The translations under genes were made by a program, and so were the position numbers. From a phage: DNA of 64,000 nucleotides. The notes beneath the pieces were generated by a model, which worked only from the letters and a program-made list of their open reading frames with translations, searched no databases and was not told the origin of the DNA. The stretch lies in sequence record OZ335962.1; one strand, given 5' to 3'. Positions 18,974 through 28,742 of the stretch are shown here, piece by piece; within the stretch, counting starts at the first letter, position 1; each line of letters begins with the position of its first letter.

Positions 18974-20293
18974 TCACACATAAAACACATCATAACGACC
19001 ACGAGTGACACCAACATAAAGAAGCTGCTGAGCTAGTTCAGCATCTGCATAATGAATACAAGGCGTATAGATGAAAGCACGGTCTACAGACATACCCTGC
19101 GCTTTATGGAACGTTGATGCAGGAAGTGCTTTCACTTTACTAAACTGTGATTTAGCATCCCAAAAATCACTCCACGGAGCTTTTCCACCTTTATTCCAAT
19201 TTTTATAAGTTTCTGCCGTTTTACCTAAAAATAAGTTAAACTTATACAGCTCTTCATCAGATGAAATTATTTTAATCTTTTCACGATAATATTCATCATC
19301 GCCGTAAGTTTCTACTGTTAAATCCCAATGACGAATTAGATATTCTCCAGAAACACCGCGAGCTTTAACAAACGTTGATGTATACTCTGCTTCTATAATA
19401 CGAACTAATTGTCCGTTATTAAAAATAATTTCTGACACAGGCTTTCCATCAATTTTATATGTTTTAATTAATGGTTCCTGCATTACAATAATTTCGCCAA
19501 CGATAAAATCTTTATCAGTTTCAAAAATCTTTTTGCGAATAATGTTATTTAACTTATCAACAGATTTATTCGTAAATGCCATGACGCGATTTTCAAACAA
19601 ATCATCTAGTGATTTTACGATTGAAAAATAATTTACCATAAAATCGCGTAAAGCGGCATCACCGGTAAATCCACGTACTCCATGCCCGTCAACAACTTTA
19701 TCATAAATCCACTTACCGTTGCGAACATCAGTAGCTACATCAATAATAGGAGCATTACTGCGTTTAACTTCAGTGAGTTCACACTGATAAAAATCTTTAT
19801 GTGTAAAGAACGGACTAATATAAGCAGTGTTTTCTCCTGGGTCAACGGGTCTAATTTGCTTATTATCACCTATTCCAATTATAGTACACCACGGCGGGAT
19901 AGTTGAAAGCAGAATTTTAAATAGCTTTCTATCATACATTGATACTTCATCGCAGATTAATACTCTGCATTTAGCCAAATCCGGTACTTCTTTTTGTTCA
20001 AAAAGAACGTTTTCTTCGTATGTTACCGGGTTAATTTTAAGAATACTGTGAATAGTACTTGCTTCTTTCCCTGACAGTTTTGAAAGAATCTTTTTAGCTG
20101 CGTGAGTAGGAGCTGCTAAAATAATGCCAGTTTCGCCCGTAGATATTAAGGCTTCAATAATGAACTTAGTAAGAGTAGTCTTACCAGTACCAGCAGGTCC
20201 ATTAATAGTTACATGATGTTTCTTTTCTTTAATAGCCCTCATAACGATGTTAAAGGCATTTTTCTGACCTTCGGTCAAATCATCAAATGTCAT
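18974..20293 (-). CDS. dda: Dda DNA helicase (SF1)
   Basis: 439 aa; Walker A GPAGTGKTT; matches T4 Dda. Confidence 0.95.
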   Translation of the reverse strand: MTFDDLTEGQKNAFNIVMRAIKEKKHHVTINGPAGTGKTTLTKFIIEALISTGETGIILAAPTHAAKKILSKLSGKEASTIHSILKINPVTYEENVLFEQKEVPDLAKCRVLICDEVSMYDRKLFKILLSTIPPWCTIIGIGDNKQIRPVDPGENTAYISPFFTHKDFYQCELTEVKRSNAPIIDVATDVRNGKWIYDKVVDGHGVRGFTGDAALRDFMVNYFSIVKSLDDLFENRVMAFTNKSVDKLNNIIRKKIFETDKDFIVGEIIVMQEPLIKTYKIDGKPVSEIIFNNGQLVRIIEAEYTSTFVKARGVSGEYLIRHWDLTVETYGDDEYYREKIKIISSDEELYKFNLFLGKTAETYKNWNKGGKAPWSDFWDAKSQFSKVKALPASTFHKAQGMSVDRAFIYTPCIHYADAELAQQLLYVGVTRGRYDVFYV

Positions 20294-20601
20294 CGTAAAT
20301 TCCCTGCAATTGGTATACTAACAATACGCCCAGTATCTAAAATTCGCCGATATAATCTTTGTGTGTCTACATCAGGCTTAACGCGTTTAACTTCTATTTT
20401 ATTAAACCAAAACTTGCGTGGAGTCTCAACTAATCTCGGAATTCCCATACCTAAAGCTAGTCGATACTGCTCTTTAAGAGTTGTAAAAACTTTATCAGCA
20501 ATCTCCCTTTCAAAAAATACAGCAGGACGATGTTCATCAAGAGGAACAGGCACTGCAAATCCATCTTTATCTCTATACACTATCGCATATACATAAAACA
20601 T
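20290..20601 (-). CDS. Hypothetical protein, 103 aa
   Basis: ORF with ATG and SD GAGGA. Confidence 0.55.
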   Translation of the reverse strand: MFYVYAIVYRDKDGFAVPVPLDEHRPAVFFEREIADKVFTTLKEQYRLALGMGIPRLVETPRKFWFNKIEVKRVKPDVDTQRLYRRILDTGRIVSIPIAGNLR

Positions 20602-20602
20602 A

Positions 20603-21349
20603 TTATCCTCGGATAAGTTTAAAAATTGAACAATTTAGCGGGTATCCTCTTTTCAGTTTAAGTTTATCAATAAAAGACAAGTTTTGATACCGCTCTACAC
20701 CTTGAATAATTTTATCACACATATCATATTGCATTTCTGCTTCTGACAACTTTTTCACAGTTTTCCAATCAGAGCCTTTAAGAAGAACGTTCAATTTAAC
20801 AACTTCAGTGCCTTCTGCTATACGAGAACCATCAATACGAGCTTTGAGTGCTACAATCGTTAGCTTAATATCAGAGGTTTGTTTTGATTTAGAAAGCTGA
20901 GAAATGTGTTCAATTCGGTTTTCACGTTTTTTCTGTATAGCTTTAATTTGATTATAAGTCTTTTTGATTTTAGCCCATTTCTTTTCATCTAAATTTAGTT
21001 TATGAACTTTTTTCGCAGATGAACGACCAATTCGTAAAGCAAATAAATCACGCTTTTCAATCAACTCTTCTAAAGTATAATCAGAACGAAATGTATTGTA
21101 CTTTTTCTTTACTGCAATAACATTCCCTTTAATGTATCCAACGTTATTATCAAAACGTTCTAATGATAATTTCTCTCCTTCAATACGATTATCAAAAGGT
21201 TCTCCTGAGTAAGCGCAAACTTTCTGATCTAAAATGTTCTTAATGTAATTGAAGTCTAAGTTAAAATCTTTAGAACGTCTTTTAGCAGATGCCTGAGTGT
21301 GCTCTAGACGACGTGTAATTTTACGAATTTGATTTTTAGACAGTTTCAT
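20603..21349 (-). CDS. Basic protein, 248 aa, where T4 has srd
   Basis: Lys/Arg-rich ORF with ATG; position between dda and modA; identity to T4 Srd not verified. Confidence 0.5.
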   Translation of the reverse strand: MKLSKNQIRKITRRLEHTQASAKRRSKDFNLDFNYIKNILDQKVCAYSGEPFDNRIEGEKLSLERFDNNVGYIKGNVIAVKKKYNTFRSDYTLEELIEKRDLFALRIGRSSAKKVHKLNLDEKKWAKIKKTYNQIKAIQKKRENRIEHISQLSKSKQTSDIKLTIVALKARIDGSRIAEGTEVVKLNVLLKGSDWKTVKKLSEAEMQYDMCDKIIQGVERYQNLSFIDKLKLKRGYPLNCSIFKLIRG

Positions 21350-21371
21350 ATTTTTCTCACGGACGGGTTAA

Positions 21372-21409
21372 CTACTTATACTATAACATTTTTACTTCAG
21401 CTTGTAAAC
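21372..21409 (-). promoter_or_regulatory. T4-type early promoter (-10 TATAGT)
   Basis: -35 GTTTAC at 21404-21409, 18-nt spacer. Confidence 0.55.
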
Positions 21410-21465
21410 AACTTTATGAAAAATGCTTTAAAACTTTCATGGTATAATGAATCTAAGTCCTTCCA

Positions 21466-22068
21466 TTATAGATTAAATCCTTCAAAATCAAGAGTATAGA
21501 TAGTGTATGTTGAATACTTTTTATACTCGTATCTATCCGCAATTCTAAATACACTTCCAGCTGGTATCATTACTTCTTGTTCATCTGAAACTAATTCCAT
21601 ATTACGATAACGATGGCTATCCGGAAATTTAAAACTCGGACTATATTCTTTACAACGTAGAGCTTTTATAGCATACTCCTGGAAATTAAACACCATAGGA
21701 GCTTTGAATTCAAAAATAACTTGTGTGTTATATTCTAATCCAGAAGCAAAATGTAGAGCTATATTTTTATCATATGAAGCTGATACTACTTTATCAAATG
21801 TAATAATATCAATTCCTTGATTTAACACCTGCTTAGTCTCAACTGGAACACCTCTCCAAAGAGGTTTATCGTTTGGAACCAAACGAGATTTGATTATTTC
21901 ATTTAACCAAGAATGATCGTCTGGTTTATTAGTAATACAATGAATTAAAAGTTCAATTTCAGATAAATTAAATCCTTCGGAAAGTAATTCTTCACGAATA
22001 GAAGCACGCACGGATGCATCCATTGATTTGATTTTAAAATCTTTTAATTGCATTGCTGAATATTTCAT
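21466..22068 (-). CDS. modA: ADP-ribosyltransferase ModA
   Basis: 200 aa; R (WRG), STS-like (SAS) and ExE (EQEVMIP) motifs; length and position as T4 modA. Confidence 0.85.
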   Translation of the reverse strand: MKYSAMQLKDFKIKSMDASVRASIREELLSEGFNLSEIELLIHCITNKPDDHSWLNEIIKSRLVPNDKPLWRGVPVETKQVLNQGIDIITFDKVVSASYDKNIALHFASGLEYNTQVIFEFKAPMVFNFQEYAIKALRCKEYSPSFKFPDSHRYRNMELVSDEQEVMIPAGSVFRIADRYEYKKYSTYTIYTLDFEGFNL

Positions 22069-22688
22069 TCAACTACCTCAATATCATACACTTTAAATGT
22101 TCCAAATGAATCATGTAATTTTTCTTTTGAAATAGAAGTTATTTTATACTTTCCAATTGGAATCATCCATTCTTGTTCACGCACAATCATCATTAAGTTA
22201 TCAGTACGTTCTGAATCTAATCCATCAGTATCTTCATATGTATACTTAAACTCAGTATTAGGAGAAGAAAGTATAATATCACTGATATGGTCAGAATAAT
22301 TAAAAGCTTTATCAGTTTTTAAGCGAAATATTATTTCAGTGGAATATTCAACATAAGAAAAACCACATGCTGTGTGCAAACTAGTAGTAAATGAATCTAC
22401 TCTGTTCGTTGAAAACACTTCTCCAACTTGCAAATCTTTAATGAGTTCTTTTGTCGATTTTGATATACCACGATATAGCTGATAAGGCGATTTAGTTAAA
22501 TGCTTTTTAACGATTTTATTCAACTGCCGATGAAGGGCTTCATTCTTTTTGGCTTCCATACATTGCCAAAGAACTGACTGTTCGAAGTCAGTAAATTTTT
22601 CACAGACCTTTTTATACATATCATATTGAAAATCGACACTTTCAGCTTTTATAGATAACTGTTCAACATCTGCGAGATTAATAATCAT
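22065..22688 (-). CDS. modB: ADP-ribosyltransferase ModB
   Basis: 207 aa from ATG 22688 with SD GGAGG; YRG / FSTN / EQEWMIP motifs. Confidence 0.85.
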   Translation of the reverse strand: MIINLADVEQLSIKAESVDFQYDMYKKVCEKFTDFEQSVLWQCMEAKKNEALHRQLNKIVKKHLTKSPYQLYRGISKSTKELIKDLQVGEVFSTNRVDSFTTSLHTACGFSYVEYSTEIIFRLKTDKAFNYSDHISDIILSSPNTEFKYTYEDTDGLDSERTDNLMMIVREQEWMIPIGKYKITSISKEKLHDSFGTFKVYDIEVVE

Positions 22689-22706
22689 GATAGCCTCCAT
22701 ATACTT

Positions 22707-22744
22707 CAGAAGCTATCATATCATTGTTAGGAAGGAAAGTAAAC
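22707..22744 (-). promoter_or_regulatory. T4-type early promoter
   Basis: -35 GTTTAC at 22739-22744; -10 TATGAT. Confidence 0.5.
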
Positions 22745-22755
22745 AACTTTTTGAA

Positions 22756-22938
22756 TTATTTTGCCCAGGGAGCCCAGGGCGGAGGGTCAAGATGGTATGA
22801 AGCTAGTTCTTCTAGAAGAGCATCTGGGGCTTCAATTCCATAATTCTGTAATACTATACGGTACTCTTTCTTATAATCACTAGAATCATTCTGGATATTC
22901 GTAGAATGATTATCTTCTAACATCTCAAATAAATCCAT
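22756..22938 (-). CDS. Hypothetical protein, 60 aa
   Basis: ORF with ATG. Confidence 0.4.
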   Translation of the reverse strand: MDLFEMLEDNHSTNIQNDSSDYKKEYRIVLQNYGIEAPDALLEELASYHLDPPPWAPWAK

Positions 22939-22946
22939 ATTAATTC

Positions 22947-23429
22947 CTAGCGATAAAAACCAAAATAACGATTAGCTTCAATAATCTTTCTTTCTTCTTC
23001 AGACATTCTCCAGCGTAGTCCAACATCAAAATGAGCCCAGACCATCTTAACAAATGCATTTATATCTTTAATATCTTCAATAATGAATGATTTACTTTTA
23101 GAAGGTTGACCTGCTAAATTAAGTGCTAATTTAACTTTATCGTCTTCAAACAGGTCAAAAAGACCATATTCATGGGCTCTTTTATAGCCTTTAATAGTTA
23201 AAGCTTCAGAAGAAGAAAAAGGTGAATCAGTATTCTGCAAAATATCTTCAGTATGCTTTATAATTAGAATAACATTTTCTGGATATTTTCTTTCTTTTAT
23301 ATCTTTAATTAAAAAATCCGGATTTTCTGCTAAAGGAATAATTAATGAGCACTTTTTATCAAGTGTATTTACCGATTTACCTTCTTTAGACATAAATTCT
23401 ATTGAATAATGTTTTGCTACTTCAATCAT
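22947..23429 (-). CDS. Hypothetical protein, 160 aa
   Basis: ORF with ATG and SD GAGGAAA. Confidence 0.5.
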   Translation of the reverse strand: MIEVAKHYSIEFMSKEGKSVNTLDKKCSLIIPLAENPDFLIKDIKERKYPENVILIIKHTEDILQNTDSPFSSSEALTIKGYKRAHEYGLFDLFEDDKVKLALNLAGQPSKSKSFIIEDIKDINAFVKMVWAHFDVGLRWRMSEEERKIIEANRYFGFYR

Positions 23430-23586
23430 GTGATTTCCTCTTGCCTACTAATGGGCCGTCAGGAATTTTGTTTTCCTGGATATATTTCTCATTTTCTTCC
23501 ATCATTTTACTGCCAATTTTAAGAAGCAAATCCAGTGCTTCATTTGCTTTAGCCTTGGCCTCTTCTAATGTCATATCTCTGTTCAT
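23422..23586 (-). CDS. Hypothetical protein, 54 aa
   Basis: Hand translation [54 protein letters not shown]; ATGA coupling with upstream gene. Confidence 0.3.
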   Translation of the reverse strand: MNRDMTLEEAKAKANEALDLLLKIGSKMMEENEKYIQENKIPDGPLVGKRKSHD

Positions 23587-23786
23587 GATTTATCCCCATA
23601 GATATCTCTCATCAATTTAAGCGCTGAGCGTTCTAATTTCTTTTCTTTCTCAGCACTAATCATTGATTTCATCCATTCTTCTGATTCGTTCTGCATTTCT
23701 TTATTTGCTTGTTCAACCCAACCATCGTCAATGTACATTGAGTTTGGTCTATTAAACCATTCAAGCATTTTCTTCAGAACTTTCAT
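23583..23786 (-). CDS. Hypothetical protein, 67 aa
   Basis: ORF with ATG. Confidence 0.45.
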   Translation of the reverse strand: MKVLKKMLEWFNRPNSMYIDDGWVEQANKEMQNESEEWMKSMISAEKEKKLERSALKLMRDIYGDKS

Positions 23787-24246
23787 TTGTTTTACCTAAA
23801 ACAACAGTAGGAGCATCATCAAATTCATGAATTTTTAGCAAATTTGGATGTAAAATATTCCACACAGAAGAAATAAAGTATGATAAAGCATCTTCACTTG
23901 CAATTATAAATTTATTTCCTTTATCTATTTTCCAACTATATACTGAATCATACGAATAAAAAGATAAAGGTTTATCATTATATTGTTCTGCGCTAACATT
24001 AATGTATTCTGATTTAGTAAATGCTTCAATTGCTCTAAACGGAATATTTGGTACAGTTTCAATAATACCAATCTTTTTAAGTTTTATTTCAGCATCTTCT
24101 GGAACTGGCATTGAAACGAAATTTTCTACGAGATACATTGGGTCACAATAACCCTTATCAATCATTACTGCTACGGTAATTGGAACGTCTTTAGCAAACG
24201 ACAAACTATTACTGCTAATATACATTTCAAACAAAATCGCTTCCAT
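23761..24246 (-). CDS. Hypothetical protein, 161 aa
   Basis: Start at ATG 24246 with SD GAGGAAAA (track start TTG). Confidence 0.5.
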   Translation of the reverse strand: MEAILFEMYISSNSLSFAKDVPITVAVMIDKGYCDPMYLVENFVSMPVPEDAEIKLKKIGIIETVPNIPFRAIEAFTKSEYINVSAEQYNDKPLSFYSYDSVYSWKIDKGNKFIIASEDALSYFISSVWNILHPNLLKIHEFDDAPTVVLGKTNESSEENA

Positions 24247-24254
24247 AATTTTCC

Positions 24255-24593
24255 TCAATCACAAGATGTAGATGAACAACTAGAATCACAAGAACTTCCA
24301 CACGAATCGCCTGCCCATACATGAACAGGAACATTAGTGTCATATGAATCAGAACTAGACTGTGTATTCTGCGTATTAGATGATGCAGGTGTTGACCAGC
24401 GCCAAGGATTTTTATAATATTCTTGGGCTTCTTCATAAGTCATAGTAACTGCTTCTACTGTTCCATCTCCCATATAAACATATTCAACTACAGTTAAAGG
24501 AAGGTAGTCATTTGAAATAGGAACTACACCTTCTCCGGGAGTTGTAGAGAAAAAATCCGTAAAGAAACTTTTAAACCAATTAAAGATAAACAT
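24255..24593 (-). CDS. Hypothetical protein, 112 aa, with Ser/Cys-rich C-terminal tail
   Basis: C-terminus ...[20 protein letters not shown]. Confidence 0.5.
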   Translation of the reverse strand: MFIFNWFKSFFTDFFSTTPGEGVVPISNDYLPLTVVEYVYMGDGTVEAVTMTYEEAQEYYKNPWRWSTPASSNTQNTQSSSDSYDTNVPVHVWAGDSCGSSCDSSCSSTSCD

Positions 24594-24805
24594 TACAAAA
24601 AGCCTCTTTGAAATTCGACTCTTTGAAATCCACCCCAGTCAGTGTATCGCATTTCAGCATTGAACTCGACTGAACCATCTGTATGCATCATGAATGAATG
24701 CGTGACGATATCACAATCCCAGCTTTTCATACCCCATTTATCAGAGATAGCTTTATCAAGAACCTTCTGGAGGTCTTCATTTGGTTTAATCCAACGATTT
24801 AACAT
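24593..24805 (-). CDS. Hypothetical protein, 70 aa
   Basis: ORF with ATG and SD GAGGAG; downstream of early promoter. Confidence 0.5.
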   Translation of the reverse strand: MLNRWIKPNEDLQKVLDKAISDKWGMKSWDCDIVTHSFMMHTDGSVEFNAEMRYTDWGGFQRVEFQRGFL

Positions 24806-24823
24806 AGTGCTCTCCTCTATAAG

Positions 24824-24861
24824 ATAATTCTATTATACCATACTCATTGTGGAAAGTAAAC
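24824..24861 (-). promoter_or_regulatory. T4-type early promoter (GTTTAC / 18 / TATAAT)
   Basis: -35 at 24856-24861, -10 at 24832-24837. Confidence 0.65.
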
Positions 24862-24870
24862 CGGTAAAAT

Positions 24871-24897
24871 GAAAAAAGGACTCCCGAAGGAGTCCCT
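24871..24897 (-). terminator. Rho-independent terminator downstream of soc
   Basis: GGGACUCC-UUCG-GGAGUCC hairpin followed by UUUUUU on minus transcript. Confidence 0.7.
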
Positions 24898-24901
24898 GAA
24901 T

Positions 24902-25147
24902 TTATTCACCAGTTACTTTCCACAAATCTTCGTTTGCAGCAATCCACGCAGCACGTTGATTTTCTTCATATACAGTAGTATATGCTGCTTTTTCTGAAGG
25001 GAATATTTGGTAATGAGAACCAGAAATTTTGTGAACGTCAGAATAAAGAGGGAAAGCTACAGAAATTTCTTTTCCTTCAATTTTCTTATTTCCATCTAAT
25101 TTCTGCTCAAATGTTTTAATATTAACATAACCGCGAGTACTAGCCAT
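24902..25147 (-). CDS. soc: Small outer capsid protein Soc
   Basis: 81 aa; MASTRGYVNIKTFEQKLDGNKKIEGKEISVAFPLY... matches T4 Soc; SD AAGGAG. Confidence 0.9.
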   Translation of the reverse strand: MASTRGYVNIKTFEQKLDGNKKIEGKEISVAFPLYSDVHKISGSHYQIFPSEKAAYTTVYEENQRAAWIAANEDLWKVTGE

Positions 25148-25180
25148 GTAATTCTCCTTTTATTTAAATTACATGACTAT

Positions 25181-25188
25181 TTATAATA
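25181..25188 (-). promoter_or_regulatory. T4 late promoter TATAAATA upstream of soc
   Basis: Minus-strand TATAAATA about 34 nt upstream of soc ATG. Confidence 0.55.
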
Positions 25189-25219
25189 AATTCTCGCAGC
25201 TTTTAAGCTGTCGTTTATA

Positions 25220-25738
25220 TTAATAACCTCGGTCTTGACGAGCGAAGTTTTCGGCATTTTTTAGATAATAAAGTTTAAAGATTTCTTCAGCCGTAAGACC
25301 GAGACCTTGGAACATGTTCAGAACGAAATGAAGAATATCAATCATTTCGAATTTAATTTCCAACTGGTCTTGCGGAGACAAATCAGTAATTAGAGTTTCA
25401 CGGCGTTCACCGTGTTGAGCTTTCCAAGGCTTCCATACAGCGGATGCATCTTTTTCACCATTGCTCATACCACCAAGAGAAGTCAGAAGTTCGCGGAATT
25501 CATCATCAATATAATCTTTCTGATTACGCAACCAATCAACAACTTCGCCTGCGGTAGCCAAATCATCAGGATGACGGTTATATTCAGGTTTATCTTTAGC
25601 TAAACGAACCTGCAGAGATTTCTGCATATCAAGCATAACCTGCAGCGGGTCTTTTTCATCACCGAGAATATCCCAGTATTCATTTTGAGCTTTATCAGCG
25701 CCTTCGATCAGTTGTGAACATTCATTAAAGTAAGCCAT
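25220..25738 (-). CDS. 56: dCTP pyrophosphatase gp56 (MazG-like)
   Basis: 172 aa from ATG 25738 (SD AAAGGA); MAYFNECSQLIEGADKAQNEYWDILGDEKDPLQVMLDMQ... matches T4 gp56; track ORF has a spurious 31-codon extension. Confidence 0.9.
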   Translation of the reverse strand: MAYFNECSQLIEGADKAQNEYWDILGDEKDPLQVMLDMQKSLQVRLAKDKPEYNRHPDDLATAGEVVDWLRNQKDYIDDEFRELLTSLGGMSNGEKDASAVWKPWKAQHGERRETLITDLSPQDQLEIKFEMIDILHFVLNMFQGLGLTAEEIFKLYYLKNAENFARQDRGY

Positions 25739-25809
25739 TATTTTTCCTTTCAATTCATGGGTTAGTAGATTAATTATACAATAAATATATAAAGCAATAA
25801 GGAGGATAT

Positions 25810-26010
25810 ATGGTACAAAAATTAATGGCACTTGTAGATGCCATAAAAGGTAATAAAAGACGTATAGCTTTTACTATTTCTGCTATGGTAGGAATTTTAC
25901 TTTGGAATTTTGTTTTATCGCCAGTTGCTATTGCTCATGGTGTTAGTATTCCAGTAATTACTCTCGATACATTCGTAGATTTAGCATTTGCTTTAGTTGG
26001 GTTAATTTAA
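25810..26010 (+). CDS. Small membrane protein, 66 aa, plus strand
   Basis: ATG at 25810 four nt after SD GGAGG; hydrophobic segments; stop codon overlaps gene 61 stop. Confidence 0.45.
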   Translation: MVQKLMALVDAIKGNKRRIAFTISAMVGILLWNFVLSPVAIAHGVSIPVITLDTFVDLAFALVGLI

Positions 26011-27035
26011 ATCTTAGCATATTTAGATAGCCGCATTTTGGCCATCAACCCTTGGGCAATATTATTTTTCATATATTCCATAATTTGTTCAGGGGTTGCA
26101 CCTTCCTTTCTAATCATATCATTAACATCTTTTGATTTCCAGGGAGATTTGTCCCAAAACATAACCCTTTCTCCTGCATCAACCAATTTAGTCATTCGTT
26201 TAATAGTATCAGGGTGACGAGGTTCATTATCTAAAACCCATACACGTCTATCTTTAAATGGAACAATTTCTAGGTCTAATTGACCACCCGTAATAGCTAT
26301 ACCATTTTCAATAAAAAGTGAATCTATAGGTCCTTCTAGAACATATACATCACCATCTTTGACTCGTTCAACTCCATAAATTTTTGTTGCCTCAGGATAA
26401 GCTTTGATTGTGATATATTTTTGAGGAGCATCTTTCTTTAATGCACGCCCTTGAAAAGACTCAGCTTTTCCATTAGCATTATAAATTGGAATAACAAGAC
26501 GAGGCTCAGGTATTTCCTTTTTATATGTTCCTGGCGCTATACTATTAACTAATTTAGGCCATTCGGTTGTAAACCAAAGATATTTCCATTTATCCTTTGG
26601 AATACAACGAGCTTTTACATATTTTATAATTGGATGGTCTTCCGCCAGTTTATCTAATCTAATGCATGACGGAAGAGATTTAATTATTTTCTTCTCAGGC
26701 TGCTTAGGAAGTTCTTTAGGTTTTTCTACTGGACGACTTTTACCTTTTTCTTTTCTTATTTCAAAGATATACTCACGATATAAATCAGGTTCAAACTCCT
26801 TTAAATATATTCCGATTGGTGCATGATAGTTACAGTTATAACAATGAATATTTCCTTCATTATTATCACCATAATACCATCCACGGGCTTTATTTTGGTC
26901 GGTTTTTGAATCTCCACAAACAGGGCATCTAAACCGTAATTTAAAAGTTGAACTATTATTTACTTGTGCGAATTTAGGTAAATGAGCCAATGCACGGTAT
27001 GCAAACTCATTATCAATCCAAGGTATTGATGACAT
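26007..27035 (-). CDS. 61: DNA primase gp61
   Basis: 342 aa; zinc-ribbon CPVCGDS...CYNC; matches T4 primase. Confidence 0.95.
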   Translation of the reverse strand: MSSIPWIDNEFAYRALAHLPKFAQVNNSSTFKLRFRCPVCGDSKTDQNKARGWYYGDNNEGNIHCYNCNYHAPIGIYLKEFEPDLYREYIFEIRKEKGKSRPVEKPKELPKQPEKKIIKSLPSCIRLDKLAEDHPIIKYVKARCIPKDKWKYLWFTTEWPKLVNSIAPGTYKKEIPEPRLVIPIYNANGKAESFQGRALKKDAPQKYITIKAYPEATKIYGVERVKDGDVYVLEGPIDSLFIENGIAITGGQLDLEIVPFKDRRVWVLDNEPRHPDTIKRMTKLVDAGERVMFWDKSPWKSKDVNDMIRKEGATPEQIMEYMKNNIAQGLMAKMRLSKYAKI

Positions 27036-27037
27036 TT

Positions 27038-27202
27038 TTACTCTTCTTTTTCTTTAGATTCCTCTTTTTTCTTTTTAGGAATCTGTTCAGGACCTTTATT
27101 TACTACAGCGCCTGACGTTGTTCCAGTGGAGATATTTTCAGGATTACCACCTGAGTCTCCAGCTACCATATCTTCTTTAATAAATTCTTTATATGTTTTC
27201 AT
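27038..27202 (-). CDS. Small Gly/Ser-rich then Lys/Glu-rich protein, 54 aa
   Basis: Hand translation MKTYKEFIKEDMVAGDSGGNPENISTGTTSGAVVNKGPEQIPKKKKEESKEKEE; SD AGAGGT. Confidence 0.4.
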   Translation of the reverse strand: MKTYKEFIKEDMVAGDSGGNPENISTGTTSGAVVNKGPEQIPKKKKEESKEKEE

Positions 27203-27203
27203 A

Positions 27204-27830
27204 TTAACCTCTATTCATAAAAGCATTAAAAATTTGGTCATCAATAGAAACATTTACTTTAGACTGTTTTTCTGATGGTAATTCATATCCACATATTACA
27301 ATTTTGTGATCAATATCAAAATACACAGAAGCAATATGATTAATGATGTTTTCAGTAAAGTCTAAATCAACATCAATATCTTTTTGACCACAGCCCAAAG
27401 GATAAATAATGCGAGTAATTCGATTATCTTTAACAAAGATTCCACCGACATACTCTGTGCTGCGTTTAAAATCTACACGCCGACGAAATGAAAAATATTC
27501 AGGCTCTTTATGAGCTCTGCTCATAGGACACAACGAGTAACTAGAATAAGAGATGTCAAATCCTACGCCTTCAATATGAGCCAAAGTATCATGATTAAAC
27601 CAATTATAATCGTACGCCAAATCCATTAGATCATAATATGTAAAAGGCACTGGATTAACATCATTAGTCACAAGCACGTAATTAGCAATTGCTATAATTT
27701 CATTGTTTTTAACGAATACAAACCGTGATTGATGGGAATGACCTGGACCCGCGTTTTCACGATTAATGATATAACACTGAGCACCTTTATATTTGTATGT
27801 ATCTTTACACTTGTGCATTTGATAGAGCAT
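27204..27830 (-). CDS. Hypothetical protein, 208 aa (between primase and spackle)
   Basis: ORF with ATG; no recognisable motif. Confidence 0.55.
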   Translation of the reverse strand: MLYQMHKCKDTYKYKGAQCYIINRENAGPGHSHQSRFVFVKNNEIIAIANYVLVTNDVNPVPFTYYDLMDLAYDYNWFNHDTLAHIEGVGFDISYSSYSLCPMSRAHKEPEYFSFRRRVDFKRSTEYVGGIFVKDNRITRIIYPLGCGQKDIDVDLDFTENIINHIASVYFDIDHKIVICGYELPSEKQSKVNVSIDDQIFNAFMNRG

Positions 27831-28123
27831 TATTCACCTACCACTTCAGCGATGATATTTTTATTATTAAAGTTTTTATCGCAATACAGAACATAATTAT
27901 ACTGCATTACACCACCAGACTTAAGCTGTTTTTGTACTTCAGCTTTCATTTCAGGACGATCACGCTCAACGATATTCATAATATCTGCTTCAATTTGAGT
28001 TTCAACCTCAGTCTGATCTGCAGTCATAGACCATTCACACAAATCTTTATCATAACCTGCCATAGCAGGCTGAGCAGCGCAAGAAGATAAAGCAAAAATT
28101 GCAGCAAAGATAAATTTTTTCAT
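27830..28123 (-). CDS. sp: Spackle (periplasmic, signal peptide)
   Basis: 97 aa; N-terminal signal peptide MKKFIFAAIFALSSCAAQPAMA; matches T4 Sp in length and locus. Confidence 0.8.
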   Translation of the reverse strand: MKKFIFAAIFALSSCAAQPAMAGYDKDLCEWSMTADQTEVETQIEADIMNIVERDRPEMKAEVQKQLKSGGVMQYNYVLYCDKNFNNKNIIAEVVGE

Positions 28124-28143
28124 GATAATCTCCTCAGTAGTTT

Positions 28144-28181
28144 ATGTTTATATAGTATCTCAATTTCCAACAAAAGTAAAC
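28144..28181 (-). promoter_or_regulatory. T4-type early promoter
   Basis: -35 GTTTAC 28176-28181; -10 TACTAT 28152-28157. Confidence 0.55.
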
Positions 28182-28435
28182 TATTTTATTTCCTCAAGTT
28201 CGTTAATCAATAAAAGTTCTCTGACGCTAAAAACAAAGAAAAATGTGTTCCCATCAACCAGAGCATGACCGCTAATAGAACACCCTCTGCGGAATTTAGA
28301 AACTTCACAATCTAGAACTGTAAAGGGTTTTAATCCTATGACTTTAGCTATGCGTCTATTCAGTTCACAACCACTTGCGAATTTTTCCAAATCTTCTTCT
28401 GATTTAAACTGATATTCTCTATTAACTAGCATCAT
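28181..28435 (-). CDS. Hypothetical protein, 84 aa
   Basis: ORF with ATG. Confidence 0.5.
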   Translation of the reverse strand: MMLVNREYQFKSEEDLEKFASGCELNRRIAKVIGLKPFTVLDCEVSKFRRGCSISGHALVDGNTFFFVFSVRELLLINELEEIK

Positions 28436-28458
28436 TTTCTTTTCTCCGCGATTAGCTG

Positions 28459-28496
28459 ATAGAATTACTATAACACAACTCTATCAGCTTGTAAAC
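28459..28496 (-). promoter_or_regulatory. T4-type early promoter
   Basis: -35 GTTTAC 28491-28496; -10 TATAGT. Confidence 0.5.
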
Positions 28497-28498
28497 TA

Positions 28499-28741
28499 CT
28501 ATTTTACTAGCATCAATAACTGTTTCTCTAACTTGACGATTTTACGAAAGTATCTTTTGCATTGACGAATCTGTCGCTTCGTAGGACGCACAGCAAACTT
28601 AATAAATTCCACTCGACCAAATGGAGGACTTTCTTCTGCTGGAATATCTAATACTAATTCCCACGTATCTGCAACAAGTGCTTTGAATTGAGTATTTTTC
28701 CTGACGTTATACGGTGTAGGTTTAAATAAAACGATATGCAT
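28499..28741 (-). CDS. Hypothetical protein, 80 aa
   Basis: Start at ATG 28741 with SD GAGGA (track start is TTG). Confidence 0.45.
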   Translation of the reverse strand: MHIVLFKPTPYNVRKNTQFKALVADTWELVLDIPAEESPPFGRVEFIKFAVRPTKRQIRQCKRYFRKIVKLEKQLLMLVK

Positions 28742-28742
28742 A

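Noticed and set aside
20603-21349. Possible HNH homing-endonuclease motif (ERFDNNVGYIKGNV) in the 248-aa protein
   Set aside because: The segment lacks the His/Cys residues of catalytic HNH motifs, so the resemblance is too weak to call.
25220-25831. Long N-terminal extensions in the ORF track (gp56 as 203 aa, ndd as 167 aa, and extended lipoprotein, gp44 and gp55 ORFs)
   Set aside because: Track starts are often GTG/TTG or run through promoters; downstream ATGs with good SD give the lengths expected for the T4 proteins.
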